Shown: positions 31,068 through 43,980 of the stretch, one piece after another
Layout of the letters: every line of letters starts with the position of its first letter
How positions within the stretch are numbered: position 1 is the first letter of the stretch
The notes under the pieces: generated by a model
What the model was told of the DNA's origin: nothing
The model's input: the letters and a program-made list of their open reading frames with translations, nothing else
The model's database searches: none
Source of the DNA: Candidatus Anstonellales archaeon
Lineage (GTDB): Archaea; Micrarchaeota; Micrarchaeia; Anstonellales; J096
DNA length: 64,000 bases
Assembly (NCBI GenBank): GCA_038890745.1
Contig: JAWAFD010000004.1
Span: forward strand, 1 to 64,000
Direction: 5' to 3'
Position numbers and translations under genes: made by a program

Positions 31068-33335
31068 ATGCTTCTTTCGGTTCGGCTTGTTAATTGGACA
31101 TCCCACACTGATACTGTGCTTGAGTTTGAGAAAGGAGCGAATCTACTGGTTGGGGTGATGGGTTCAGGAAAGAGCTCTGTTTTTGATGCTGTCAGCTTTG
31201 CACTATTCGGCTCCTTCCCAGCGCTAGAGTCTAGAAAGCTAAAACTCGAGGATATAATAAGATTTGGGGAGAGCCGCGCGAGGGTTGAGCTGACTTTTTT
31301 ATGGAAAGACAAAAAGTATTCAATAATACGTGAGATAGAAAAATCAAAAACAGATGCGAGGGTGTATGAGGATGGGAGGCTTCTTGAGAAGGGCCAGACC
31401 GCGGTCACCTCTTATGTTGAAAACCTTCTCAGTGTAGATTACGATTTGTTCACCCGTGCGATATATTCAGAACAAAATAATATCTCTTATTTTCTAAATC
31501 TTGCGCCGGCAAAAAGAAGGGAAGAGATAGACAGATTGCTGGGATTGGATAGGTTTGAAAGGGCAGCAAGGGGGGCGACAGTTGTTTTTAACATGCTAAA
31601 AAAAGATTTGGATAGGGAAAAAACCATTCTTAAAGAAAAGGACGAGAGCGAGTTGCAGGAGTCTTTGAAAGAAGCTGAGAGTGAATTGGAGGAAATAAAG
31701 GGCGAGCTTGAGAAAGAAATGGAGGAGCTTGAAAAAACAGAAAAGATTCTTGGGGTAAGAAAGAAAGATTATGAAGAGATGGAGAAAAAAAGAAAGGCAC
31801 ATGCGGAGATTTCCTCAAAGATTTCCTCTTTGAAAGGTGTAATTTCTGCGTTGAGGGAATACGAAAAGATAAAAATGCCGAATCTAGAAGAACTGAGAAA
31901 GAGGATGGAAGAAACAAAGTCAAAAATTCTTGCTCTAAGGGAGAAAAAATCCAAGATTCAAAAGGAGCTCAACGCGATGCAGAAGAAAGCGGGTGAGATT
32001 GAGGAAAAGCAAAAGAGGAGAGAAGAGATTCTTAAGAAAATCTCAGAAATGGAGAAAAAGATAAAATCACTAAGCAGTGGTAAGACAAGAGAAAAAATAG
32101 AAAAGGGGTTGGAAGAGGATAAAGCAAAACTGATGGAATGCAGAGAAAGAATTTTTTTCCTTAACAAAAAAATAGAAGAGGCGCAGGCTTCCATAAAAAC
32201 AATTAAAGGGAAGGACATCTGCCCGGTTTGTCTCACAAAGCTTGATGAGAAAAAGCAGAGGCAGATTGAAAAGGAGTGGGAAGAAAAAATAACCCGATTC
32301 AAAAAGGAATTTTCAGAGGAGAATGAAAAAATTGCGGAACTGTCAGAACGAATAAAAGAAAATGAAAAAACATTAGAGATGCTTAAGGAGATGGAAAAGC
32401 AAATGGAGTTTTTAAGAAAGAGCATCCCTGCGGTGGAGGATGGGAGGAGGATTGCGGAAGAAATAAAAAAGTATGAGAAAGACATTTTATTACTCCTTGA
32501 AGCTGAAGAGGAAAGTATAGGATTGTATTCAGAGATATCAGAAAAGGAAAAAACAGCTAATGAAATACTCTCAAAAAAGAAAGAGCTTGAGAATGCAAAA
32601 AAAGAACTTGAAAAAGCAGAAAAGCAGATTGCGGAAATAGGGTTTGAGGAACAAAAATATCAGGAGGTTTCTGTTCAGTATCAAAATGCAAAGGAGGAGT
32701 ATTCAACACTCAGGGCAGTTGTAGACGGAAAGCAGAAACTTATGAAAGAGAAAAAAGCAAGAGTAGAGGTTTACAAAAAAACCATCGAGCAGATAGAAGA
32801 ATCAAAGAGATACATTGCAAAAATTGAAAAAGTGTTAGAGGATTTTGCGGTATACAGAAATGTGCTGGCGGAAATGCAGGTTAAATTAAGAAATGAGCTA
32901 ATAGAAACAATAAACTCCGCGCTTGTTGAGATCTGGCCGGTTGTCTATCCCTATTCAGATTACCAAAGGGCGAGGGTGATCGCAGATGGCAAGGACTATA
33001 GGTTTGAGCTTTTCTCGAATGGAAGATGGGTCGAGATCGAAAAGGTTGCTAGCGGTGGGGAAAAGGCATGCTTTGCGATAGCGTTGAGGATCTCCTTGGC
33101 AATGACCCTCACCCCAAACATAAACTGGCTTGTTCTTGATGAGCCAACGCATAATCTAGATGCAAACGCAATAAATCTTTTGTCGCAGGCGATAGAAAAA
33201 ACCCTCCCATCATTGATAGAGCAGTTTTTCATAATCACCCATGAGGAATCCTTGATGGGTGCGAATTTCACAAAAGCATATCAGTTTAGGAGAGAGAAAA
33301 CATCCATGGACCCGACGGTTGTTGAGGAGATTTAG
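31068..33335 (+). CDS. rad50: Rad50 / SMC-like DNA repair ATPase
   Basis: Walker A GVMGSGKS, long coiled coil, CPVC zinc hook, SGGE signature, LVLDEPT, ITH. Confidence 0.9.
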   Translation: MLLSVRLVNWTSHTDTVLEFEKGANLLVGVMGSGKSSVFDAVSFALFGSFPALESRKLKLEDIIRFGESRARVELTFLWKDKKYSIIREIEKSKTDARVYEDGRLLEKGQTAVTSYVENLLSVDYDLFTRAIYSEQNNISYFLNLAPAKRREEIDRLLGLDRFERAARGATVVFNMLKKDLDREKTILKEKDESELQESLKEAESELEEIKGELEKEMEELEKTEKILGVRKKDYEEMEKKRKAHAEISSKISSLKGVISALREYEKIKMPNLEELRKRMEETKSKILALREKKSKIQKELNAMQKKAGEIEEKQKRREEILKKISEMEKKIKSLSSGKTREKIEKGLEEDKAKLMECRERIFFLNKKIEEAQASIKTIKGKDICPVCLTKLDEKKQRQIEKEWEEKITRFKKEFSEENEKIAELSERIKENEKTLEMLKEMEKQMEFLRKSIPAVEDGRRIAEEIKKYEKDILLLLEAEEESIGLYSEISEKEKTANEILSKKKELENAKKELEKAEKQIAEIGFEEQKYQEVSVQYQNAKEEYSTLRAVVDGKQKLMKEKKARVEVYKKTIEQIEESKRYIAKIEKVLEDFAVYRNVLAEMQVKLRNELIETINSALVEIWPVVYPYSDYQRARVIADGKDYRFELFSNGRWVEIEKVASGGEKACFAIALRISLAMTLTPNINWLVLDEPTHNLDANAINLLSQAIEKTLPSLIEQFFIITHEESLMGANFTKAYQFRREKTSMDPTVVEEI

Positions 33336-33376
33336 AAAAATGGTTATTTTTAAATTTTATTAATCAAAAGTATATC

Positions 33377-33721
33377 ATGAAAATGGTTGGTAGAACCCTA
33401 AAAGCAGTTTTCATTGGAATTACATTTTTATTGCCTTCACATCCAGTTTTTGCTAATGGGGGGATTGATGGTATGGTGGACACGACACAAATGAGTCAAT
33501 ACCAACGTATATATAGTGAGATAATAAAAATGAAAAAAGACGACAGTAAAGTTTTTTCCGATGTAGATATTGAGCTACTGGAGAGAATAACGAGAGATGC
33601 TGAGAAATCTACAGGAAAACTCTACTCAGTTATTCCTATTGAGGGTGGGTGTGAAGTTGCATGTCTAGGAAAATTTTCAGATTTTATCCCCAAAATAACT
33701 TATGAGATGCTTATTCAATAG
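33377..33721 (+). CDS. hypothetical secreted protein
   Basis: Signal peptide ending in PVFA; TATA-like element upstream. Confidence 0.55.
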   Translation: MKMVGRTLKAVFIGITFLLPSHPVFANGGIDGMVDTTQMSQYQRIYSEIIKMKKDDSKVFSDVDIELLERITRDAEKSTGKLYSVIPIEGGCEVACLGKFSDFIPKITYEMLIQ

Positions 33722-35075
33722 ACGTTTCACCGAATTTTTTTAATATGTACTCCAGTTTATGTTTTTGGTGGTTTTCTATCTTATGGGTTCTGGCGTATTC
33801 TTTTAATGATTTTAGCAATGGCCTGCTAGTTCTTTTCCACGCTCCGTTAGAAAGTTTTTCCAAAGCAAAATTAAATACGTAGCTTTTTAGACTTTCGTCA
33901 CCCCCCTCTAGAACATGCGCCATTCCGGCGGATGAGTATAATTCGATATCATCCGGTGTAATTCCATAAACCTTGTCTAAATTATTTTCGTGCATATATT
34001 CGACTAAATTTCCACCACCTATCGCAAGAGAATAGTACCCAACAATATTAAACCACGTAGGGTATTCTTTGTAAAGAATTATCAATTCTGCTATCTCCTT
34101 TGGTTCTTCTACAGACACCCTCTCAGTATCAATCCCCTGCAAAAACAAAACCCAAGCCAATCCATTTATTGTAGCTTTGGTTATCAGCCCAAGTTTAATA
34201 GCCGCCCTGTATACTATCTCCGCATTGCTCAGCAAAAGATCCCTTTCTATCCCAATCTTATTCCCTGCCTCAATCAGCAGATATGTAGCGTAGTTGCTAA
34301 AAAACAAGCCAACCATTGCATTAAAATTATCATAAATTCTATACTCAACAAGCTGAAGGTTTGCTTTTTCAAAATGTTTTCTTATCATTTCTTCATCCAT
34401 CTTTCCTTCTTTAAAATAAACCCCGCCAACATCTTTCAAAGCCCCATCAAGAAAATAGACTTTTCCTTCACCATCCAAAAAAACAAATGTATGACTTTGT
34501 AGATTTCCACTCTCAGTTCTTACAACACATTCGGCAACTTTTGGATTCTGATTTTTCAGATAACTTACAAGATAGGCAATAAAGGTAAACTCAAGGCAAC
34601 CCAATTTTTCTTGTTTTTCTGGATTAATCTCATCCAAATATCCTGGTTTTCCAGCAGCAGACTCCCACGTGAAATTCGATATTAGATAGAGATACGCTGT
34701 GCTTATCCTCTCCAAAACAGTTCCTTCAGCAGAATTGTACCCTTCATTAAACTTGTTTATGAGCTCTGCTGGAATCTTTCTTACTCTGTCCATGTCTGGA
34801 AATTGGGGAAGAAAAGGCTCTTCTAAAGAATACTGTCTTGCAAGGCTCATTATTGTTAAGACTGCTTCCGGGTGGTTCTCTGCCCAGTCAAACAAAGCCC
34901 TCATTAAATAAGGATCTCTTTCTTCAATTCCTCTCTTGAAATCCTGAAAACTGTTTAGATACTCTTTCGCTTTTTCGTATTCTTTGTATCCCTCTGCTTC
35001 CTTTTTGAATGATTTAAAAAGTTCAGTAGGTGTGAGTTCTTCAAGTTTTTTCAATTCCGGGAGGGCAGAGGCCAT
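33711..35075 (-). CDS. hypothetical protein with possible transglutaminase-like triad
   Basis: 454-aa ORF; LGCLEFT ... SHTFVFL ... FLDG. Confidence 0.65.
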   Translation of the reverse strand: MASALPELKKLEELTPTELFKSFKKEAEGYKEYEKAKEYLNSFQDFKRGIEERDPYLMRALFDWAENHPEAVLTIMSLARQYSLEEPFLPQFPDMDRVRKIPAELINKFNEGYNSAEGTVLERISTAYLYLISNFTWESAAGKPGYLDEINPEKQEKLGCLEFTFIAYLVSYLKNQNPKVAECVVRTESGNLQSHTFVFLDGEGKVYFLDGALKDVGGVYFKEGKMDEEMIRKHFEKANLQLVEYRIYDNFNAMVGLFFSNYATYLLIEAGNKIGIERDLLLSNAEIVYRAAIKLGLITKATINGLAWVLFLQGIDTERVSVEEPKEIAELIILYKEYPTWFNIVGYYSLAIGGGNLVEYMHENNLDKVYGITPDDIELYSSAGMAHVLEGGDESLKSYVFNFALEKLSNGAWKRTSRPLLKSLKEYARTHKIENHQKHKLEYILKKFGETSIE

Positions 35076-35110
35076 AACAGAAGTTGGTAAGAAAGTGTTT
35101 AAAAAGTTGT

Positions 35111-37483
35111 TTAGAAAAACTCCCTTATGCTCTTCTGGTTTCCAAGTCCTCTTACGTCCTCTTCGCTTACCCCAAGCTCTTTTAGTATTTTCATAACCGC
35201 AGGAAGGATCTGGTTGTTTACATAATACTCAGGATCGTAGTCACCTTCCTTAGCCATCTCAACAGGAATGGCTTTCTCTGAAATGCTCCTCCCTCTTTTG
35301 GAAACTATATACCCGATTACATTCCCGCTCTCTACCTTTCTTCCCTCAAGCTTCTCAAGCTTAAGCGCAGCAGCAACCTCAGGGCTTGTAACCTCATACG
35401 CTCGTGGCTCTTTTTTCAATTCAGTATAGATTACCAGATCCTTTAGCTTCGCATGTCCTTTCATTATTTCGTTCACGGTTTCCTTCACGATCTCGATTGC
35501 TTTCTCCTTGCTTCCTTCCTGAAGGATTGCTTTCAGAACTTTTAGTTGTGTTTTTTTTGCAATCGGGCTCCAGTCCCTTCTCACAAGCTCAAACCCTCTT
35601 ATCTTTATCTCCCCTTTTTCGTTTATTAGCGCATATTTCTTTTTAGCACCTTTTTCCTCTGCTTTTTTGCTTACAAAAACCCCGCGCTTATAAAAATCTT
35701 CAAGCTCAAGCTCCATCTTCTCGGGTAGATTCTTGTTTATGTGCTCCATGAATCTCAAAGCATCCTCTTTTGTTTTGTTTCCAAGAAGCAAAAAGAGGGA
35801 GTCAGTATCTTGATACAGAACAGTAAACCCCCACTTTTCAGCTTCTTTTCCCGCGTTTAGTATGTGCTCCCTTCCCAGTGCAGTAACGCTCTCCGCACAT
35901 TCCCTTTTGTACCATCTCGAGCGTGCGTACCCTAGATATCCATAGAATGAATTTGAAATTATCTTCAGCGCCTGGCTTCTCGCCTTTAGTTTCTCATACT
36001 CCTCGCTCCCTTTCCTCAAACTTTTCAATTTCTTCTTAATCTCAGTTCTCATGTCAACGAGCTTTTCAAGAGTTGAGGGGATGAGCCCCTTTGGTTTTTT
36101 TAAAAAATGCGCGCCAGTAGGAGAGGCGTAAGAGTTTTCTTTGCCCTCGGTAAGCGTGAAAGGATCTATATTATAGCTTATTATTATGGATGGGTACAGC
36201 CCGCGGAAATCAAAAACAGCAATATTTTCGTATATCCCGGGAGCAGGAAGCTTGACAAAAGCGCCCTTTATCGGGTTTGCCATTCTCCATTTTATCTCCT
36301 CCTCTTTTGGCTTCCTTGGTATGATCATGTTTCTTTTCTGCGCCTCATGGATAAGCATGCTTTCAACAAGCTGGCCGGATGTGCTCAGGGTTGTTTCAAA
36401 AAGGGTCATGTTTGCAAGGACAGAAAGCTCTTTCTCAAGCTCAAGGAGCGCCTCACCGACACTGAAAACAGCTTCTGCATCCGCAAGCGAGTACTCAAAC
36501 AGTTCTTCCTTGTTTTCATCCCAAAGTTTCCATATATCCAGCCGTTTGACCATCAGCTTTTCTTTACCCACAACACTTTCATAAACATCCTGTAAGGTAA
36601 ATTTGTTCACATTTATTACTCCTATCTGTCCGAGCAGCCTTGAAGCGGGATAGAGGTCAAAATGTACTCTCCCGGGTATGGTAAGGCCGGTGCTCAGCCC
36701 TTTCTTTCTTCTCTTTGCCCGCTCCTTCCATCTTGCAAAATCAACCCTCGCCTTTATTACCTTTCCCCTACTCTCCAAATAGGGAATGTCAAAGTTTGAT
36801 GAGTTGTACCCGTATATGATCTCCGGGTCGTATTTTTTTATTTTCTCTGAGAAAAGCGAAAACATCTCCTTTTCATCTTTTGCGAGAACAATACTCTCGT
36901 TTTTGTTTTTCTTGTAAGTTATAACTTTTTTTTCATCCGGTGTTTTGTAGCTTATCATTATAACCGGGTCCTTTTTCGCATCCGGCGCGCCATGTGGGTT
37001 GTACACCTCTATGTCAAAGCCCAATCTCTTTTCAAACTCAACCCTATCCTCGCTATCGCAGGAAATAAATTTTTTTATAAGCCTCCCATCCCGCTCGTAG
37101 GTTATCAGCGAGAGGGGGGTAAGTGAAAAATCGCTAAGAAACCTTTTTGTAAAAACAATATCATACTCGTAGCATTCGTACCCTAGCTTATGGTATATGT
37201 ACTCCCTTAGTTTCGGCACATCCTTTGGGGATTCGGCGTAGATTTTTGTGAGCTTCTTTTTTTCATTCCCAAAAAATTTTTCGCTCTCCTCTACCCTCTT
37301 TATTCTAGCGCCATTATACACCCCCGGCTTTATTTTTGTTATTGGGATATCGCTGAAAAAATACGGGTCGTATGGAAAATAAAGCCGGCAGTATTTTTTT
37401 CCTTTTAGAATAAGTTTTACGTATGTCTTTCCATTCTTCGTAATATACCCAACATCTATTAGGTAAGCCTTTCGCCTAACCAT
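35111..37483 (-). CDS. polB: family B DNA polymerase
   Basis: Exonuclease motifs FDIEV and YNSSNFD; polymerase motifs DFRGLYPSII, KIISNSFYG, YQDTDS, KKKYA, RGFELVRRDW. No intein. Confidence 0.97.
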   Translation of the reverse strand: MVRRKAYLIDVGYITKNGKTYVKLILKGKKYCRLYFPYDPYFFSDIPITKIKPGVYNGARIKRVEESEKFFGNEKKKLTKIYAESPKDVPKLREYIYHKLGYECYEYDIVFTKRFLSDFSLTPLSLITYERDGRLIKKFISCDSEDRVEFEKRLGFDIEVYNPHGAPDAKKDPVIMISYKTPDEKKVITYKKNKNESIVLAKDEKEMFSLFSEKIKKYDPEIIYGYNSSNFDIPYLESRGKVIKARVDFARWKERAKRRKKGLSTGLTIPGRVHFDLYPASRLLGQIGVINVNKFTLQDVYESVVGKEKLMVKRLDIWKLWDENKEELFEYSLADAEAVFSVGEALLELEKELSVLANMTLFETTLSTSGQLVESMLIHEAQKRNMIIPRKPKEEEIKWRMANPIKGAFVKLPAPGIYENIAVFDFRGLYPSIIISYNIDPFTLTEGKENSYASPTGAHFLKKPKGLIPSTLEKLVDMRTEIKKKLKSLRKGSEEYEKLKARSQALKIISNSFYGYLGYARSRWYKRECAESVTALGREHILNAGKEAEKWGFTVLYQDTDSLFLLLGNKTKEDALRFMEHINKNLPEKMELELEDFYKRGVFVSKKAEEKGAKKKYALINEKGEIKIRGFELVRRDWSPIAKKTQLKVLKAILQEGSKEKAIEIVKETVNEIMKGHAKLKDLVIYTELKKEPRAYEVTSPEVAAALKLEKLEGRKVESGNVIGYIVSKRGRSISEKAIPVEMAKEGDYDPEYYVNNQILPAVMKILKELGVSEEDVRGLGNQKSIREFF

Positions 37484-37522
37484 GATTTAGAATGAAAGGA
37501 AAAATTTATTTATGTATTTAAA

Positions 37523-38263
37523 CTACTTTCCCTGCTTTCTTAGAGCAAGCTCTTTTGTAATAAGCTCTTTCATTACACTATGCGGGATGAACCTTCTCCC
37601 ACCTATCTTTACATGAGGAATCCTTCCCCGGTCGAGCCTTCTCTCAAAAGCGTTCCTCCTTATCATTATATTTTTCTTGTGCAGTTCCTCGAGCGCTTGG
37701 GAAACGGAGTAATAGTTTCGAGCGATGTGAGTGAGGGCGTCAATCGCGTTTTTAGGTATAAGGCGTTTTGTCCCTATTTTAACTGATGGAATGGAGTTTT
37801 TCTCTATCCTTCCTATGAACGCCCTGTACCCTATTTCTGGGTTTGCCTTTTTGTATTCCTCATACGCTTCCCTTACAGTATAAAACTGCTTTGATAGGTT
37901 TACAATATCATTGAGAATATCTACAGCTATGTATCTTTTTTTGCCTATTTTTGTGGATGGGACTGTGCCCCTTTCTATCCTTCCACCAAAAGCCCTAAAA
38001 GAAATTGGATAGCCCTTTGAGCGCAGGTACTCATACGCTTCCTGAATATCGAGAAGGCCTGTTTTCTTCAGCGCGCTCCGCTCCACCTTTCCTACTTTAT
38101 ACAATTCCTGTGCTTTTCTGGAAACTTCTGCAACAGTGCTGCTCAGGTTTTTTTCAACCTGTTCCCTGGTTTTCCTAATACTGTTTATATCTATTCCCTT
38201 GAAAGCATCGATCCACTCATCATCAATCTCCTGGTTTATCACGATTCTTCTTCCACGGGGCAT
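37523..38263 (-). CDS. DNA-binding protein with three tandem excisionase/MerR-like winged-HTH repeats
   Basis: Three ~52-aa repeats of the form (E/Q)A..R.AF..R(I/L)E.G.IP.VKIG.(K/R)R.I. Confidence 0.8.
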   Translation of the reverse strand: MPRGRRIVINQEIDDEWIDAFKGIDINSIRKTREQVEKNLSSTVAEVSRKAQELYKVGKVERSALKKTGLLDIQEAYEYLRSKGYPISFRAFGGRIERGTVPSTKIGKKRYIAVDILNDIVNLSKQFYTVREAYEEYKKANPEIGYRAFIGRIEKNSIPSVKIGTKRLIPKNAIDALTHIARNYYSVSQALEELHKKNIMIRRNAFERRLDRGRIPHVKIGGRRFIPHSVMKELITKELALRKQGK

Positions 38264-38344
38264 ATTACCACCTTCTTCTATTTTCACTCACATCGCTACG
38301 TATATATTTTTTGTGAGTATGTATTTAAAAACCTATCGCCATTT

Positions 38345-39526
38345 TTACACCTTCCTAGACTGCTCATAAACAATCTTCCCCAAAAACCCTACTAATACCA
38401 CTACGACAACAAACAGGATTGTCAAAAACGGGCCCCAATCCTCTCCTTTCCTTTCCTCTTCGACCACACCTTCGCTGACTTCCACTACACCCTCAGCACT
38501 CCTCATGTTTCCTTCATTGTCCTTCAAAAAAACCACAAAATTTGTTGCCCCTTCCTTTAAATTTAATTTGTACGCCCCACCTTCCTTAAATGCGCTGTAC
38601 TTTGTTTTATCATCAGGATAGGCAACCCAAACCTCGGCTATTCCAGAGGGTCTCTCCCCCGGATCCTCTGCCTCTATCACAAGCACGGTCCCGTTCTTTT
38701 CAAGATATAATTTTTTAATCACCGGAGCCCGCAGGTCAAAAACCATAGAATACTCCACCTGTTTTGTCATGTCAATGTCAAGCTCCATCTCTTTTTCCCC
38801 GCAGACTACTTTTCCGTAGTATGTTCCCTTCGGAGTTTGTATGGCGAGTGTTTTGAAAAACGAATAGTTTTTGTTTTCAAGCTGAAAAAAACATTCCATC
38901 CCCTCGCCGGAATCATCGAAAACATTAACCGTAAGGTTAGAATATGCAACGCTTATATCAAAAGTTCTGTCATCATCCACCCATATCTCTGTGCTCCTCT
39001 GCCCTCCTGTATAAAGTATTGTGATCTTTGCGGCTCCTTCTAAAACATTGAAGCTGGCAACCCCGTTTTCTGAATTTTTCTCCTCTCCATTCACTATAAT
39101 CGTAGCCGGAATGGGGTTTCCATTCTCATCCCTCACTTTTACGGTAAGAATGTAAGCATTTTCAAAAACAAAGGTTAGTATGCTTCCGTGCCTTCCGACA
39201 AAAACATCCCTCATCTCCTTCTTTTTGCCTTTATAATTCACAAAAATATCATAGGTACAGTCGAGCTTCGGCTCGTACCACTGATAATTCCTGAGTTTAG
39301 CCAAAACCATTCCATCGCTTCCGGTTGTGAGGTTAGCAAGCCCATATACCCCCTCGCTCTCAACCCCACCATAATCCATCTGAAAATATATTTGAACGGT
39401 TGCATTCTCCAAAGGCCTTGAGTAGTGATCAACTACTTTTATGAAAACATCCTCGCTCCATGATGGCTCGCATTCGGCAGGAAAAAGAAAAGAAAGCAAA
39501 AGCAAAAAAACAAAAATTTTTTTCAT
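38345..39526 (-). CDS. secreted, membrane-anchored beta-sandwich protein
   Basis: Signal peptide, repeated VxDxxGxP modules, C-terminal TM; overlaps the gyrA stop. Confidence 0.75.
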   Translation of the reverse strand: MKKIFVFLLLLSFLFPAECEPSWSEDVFIKVVDHYSRPLENATVQIYFQMDYGGVESEGVYGLANLTTGSDGMVLAKLRNYQWYEPKLDCTYDIFVNYKGKKKEMRDVFVGRHGSILTFVFENAYILTVKVRDENGNPIPATIIVNGEEKNSENGVASFNVLEGAAKITILYTGGQRSTEIWVDDDRTFDISVAYSNLTVNVFDDSGEGMECFFQLENKNYSFFKTLAIQTPKGTYYGKVVCGEKEMELDIDMTKQVEYSMVFDLRAPVIKKLYLEKNGTVLVIEAEDPGERPSGIAEVWVAYPDDKTKYSAFKEGGAYKLNLKEGATNFVVFLKDNEGNMRSAEGVVEVSEGVVEEERKGEDWGPFLTILFVVVVVLVGFLGKIVYEQSRKV

Positions 39527-41913
39527 ATCCCCCCCTCGCCCTCAAACACATCAAAACTGCTTACCTCCTCACCCTCTTCAAGCCTTATCAACCTTACCCC
39601 CTGCGTCGCCCGGCCTATTACAGAAATAGTATTCGCCGGAATTCTTATCGCCTTCCCCTTTGATGTGATTAGTATAACTTCATCTTTATCATCTATTGCT
39701 TTAACTCCAACAACAAGCCCGTTCTTTTCAGTTGCCTTTAGGTTTATTACCCCAGTTCCTCCCCTCCCCTGCTTTCTGTACTCGCTAATCTCTGTTCTTT
39801 TTCCATACCCCTTTGTTGTTACGGTTAGAACTGTTGGTTTATTGCATACTGTAAGGGAAGCGACCTCATCCCCTTCCCTTAGCCTTATTCCTATCACACC
39901 TGCGGCATTCCTTCCAACCTCCCTTATCTCCTCCTCCCCAAACCTTATCGCCATTCCTTTCCTCGTTGCTAGTATTACATCATCCTTTCCGCTTGTTTTA
40001 GCAACCTCTATAAGCTCATCCCCTTCCTCCTTTAAAGTAAATGCTCTTATCCCACCCCTCCTAGGGTTTGAAAACTCCTCCATGGCAGTTCTTTTTGCTA
40101 TTCCTTTTTTTGTTAAGAAAAATACATACCCGGTTTCAAGAGCTTTTGTTGGAAGGATTCTCAAAACCTTTTCGTTTTCCTCAACCTGAATCAAGTTTAC
40201 TATTGGCTTACCCTTTCCATACCTATCTGCTTCTGGTATTTCATATGCTTTTAGCCAGTGAACCTTTCCTTTATCCGTGAAAGCAAGAAGGGTTGCTTTG
40301 TTTGTTGTGACCATGAGCTCTCTTACCCCATCCTCCTCTACCCCAACCCCTATTACACCTTTTCCTCCCCTCCCCTGCTTTCTGTACTCTTCCAAACTGG
40401 TTCTTTTTACATATCCCTTCATCGTAACCGTGATCACAACCTCCTTATCCTCAATCAAACTTTCCTCAAAGAATTCTTGAACCTCCTCGCTGCTTATCTC
40501 TGTCTTTCTCTCATCACCATATTTTTTCTTTATCTCCATAAGTTCTTCCTTTATTATTCCATCAACCTTTTCCGGGCTTTCAAGAACCCCGCGGCACCAT
40601 TCAATATTCTTTTTAAGCTCCTCATACTCGGTGTTCAGCTTCTCTTGTTCAAGCCCAACCAATTTTTGCAGCTTCATATCCAGTATTGCCTTTGCCTGCG
40701 CCTCATCTATTTTCAGCATCCCCTTCAATCCTTCTACTGCTTCGGCAACCTCTTTTGTTTTTCTCAGAAAAGAAACAACATTATCAACATCTCTCAGCGC
40801 AGCAAGGAGACCCTCAACAATATGCGCTCTTTCCTCGGCTTTTTTGAGAACGAACGCGGTTCTTTTTCTTACAATTTCCCGCCTGAAATTTAAGAACTCG
40901 TTAAGCATTTCTATTAAACTCATGAGTTTTGGCTGCTTTCCGACAAGTGCAACATTTATTATTCCGAAACTACTCTCCAAACCCGTGTAAGCATAAAGCT
41001 TTTTCAGTATTGCCTCGGCATCTGCATTCTTCTTTATTTTTATGCGAAGCTCCATCCCTGTTTTATCGCTCCTATCCTGGACATCCGCAATCCCATCTAT
41101 TTTTCCTGCTTTCACCGCTTCTACAATATCTTCTATAATCTTCGTTTTTGTAACCTGGTATGGGATTTCCGTAATTATTATTTCATTGTCCTCAACCTTT
41201 GCCTTTGCCCTCACCCTTATTATTCCCTTTCCTGTTTTGTATGCGCTTATTATCCCGGCCCGTCCAACTATGACCCCGCCAGTCGGAAAGTCCGGGCCCT
41301 TTACTATTCCCAGCACCTCTTCCTCTCCCTTTCCATCTATTATCGCAATCAGTGCATCGCATATCTCGTTTATGTTGTGCGGCGGGATGTTTGTTGCCAT
41401 TCCAACAGCAATCCCAGAGGAGCCGTTTATGAGAAGATTGGGAATTTTTGCCGGGAGAACAACCGGCTCCTTTAAACTCCCATCAAAATTCGGCGCAAAA
41501 TCAACAGTTTCCTTTTCAATATCCTCCAGCATCTCTTCAGCAATTCTACTCATTCTAACTTCAGTGTACCTCATCGCGGCCGGGGCATCCCCATCTATGC
41601 TCCCGAAATTTCCCTGCCCATCCACAAGCGTGTACCTCAAACTGAAATCCTGCGCCATCCTCACGAGCGAATCGTATATTGCCATATCCCCATGAGGATG
41701 GTACTTACCCAAAACCTCTCCAACAACCCTTGCGCTTTTCTTATACTGCGCAGAGCTTGTGTTCCCGAGCTCCTTCATAGCGTAAAGTATTCTTCTGTGC
41801 ACAGGCTTCAATCCATCCCTTACATCCGGAAGAGCCCTCCCAACGATCACGCTCATCGCATAGGTAAGGTAGCTTTCTTTCAGGTCCTTTTCAACTGGGA
41901 TATCAACCATCAT
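39523..41913 (-). CDS. gyrA: DNA gyrase subunit A
   Basis: [37 protein letters not shown], GyrA-box QGRGGKG. Confidence 0.98.
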   Translation of the reverse strand: MMVDIPVEKDLKESYLTYAMSVIVGRALPDVRDGLKPVHRRILYAMKELGNTSSAQYKKSARVVGEVLGKYHPHGDMAIYDSLVRMAQDFSLRYTLVDGQGNFGSIDGDAPAAMRYTEVRMSRIAEEMLEDIEKETVDFAPNFDGSLKEPVVLPAKIPNLLINGSSGIAVGMATNIPPHNINEICDALIAIIDGKGEEEVLGIVKGPDFPTGGVIVGRAGIISAYKTGKGIIRVRAKAKVEDNEIIITEIPYQVTKTKIIEDIVEAVKAGKIDGIADVQDRSDKTGMELRIKIKKNADAEAILKKLYAYTGLESSFGIINVALVGKQPKLMSLIEMLNEFLNFRREIVRKRTAFVLKKAEERAHIVEGLLAALRDVDNVVSFLRKTKEVAEAVEGLKGMLKIDEAQAKAILDMKLQKLVGLEQEKLNTEYEELKKNIEWCRGVLESPEKVDGIIKEELMEIKKKYGDERKTEISSEEVQEFFEESLIEDKEVVITVTMKGYVKRTSLEEYRKQGRGGKGVIGVGVEEDGVRELMVTTNKATLLAFTDKGKVHWLKAYEIPEADRYGKGKPIVNLIQVEENEKVLRILPTKALETGYVFFLTKKGIAKRTAMEEFSNPRRGGIRAFTLKEEGDELIEVAKTSGKDDVILATRKGMAIRFGEEEIREVGRNAAGVIGIRLREGDEVASLTVCNKPTVLTVTTKGYGKRTEISEYRKQGRGGTGVINLKATEKNGLVVGVKAIDDKDEVILITSKGKAIRIPANTISVIGRATQGVRLIRLEEGEEVSSFDVFEGEGGI

Positions 41914-41921
41914 TTTCTCGC

Positions 41922-43868
<1,947 letters not shown>

Positions 43869-43980
43869 TTAAAAAACTATCTATTTTTGATTGTTGGGTA
43901 GCAGATGAGGATTTGGTTTTAAATTATTAGTTTTATTAAAAAACAAAAAATTTAAATATTTGTTTTCTTATAAAACAAAT

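Noticed and set aside
35111..37483. PolB motif variants YQDTDS and DFRGLYPS as signs of inactivation
   Set aside because: Catalytic aspartates and exonuclease motifs are intact.
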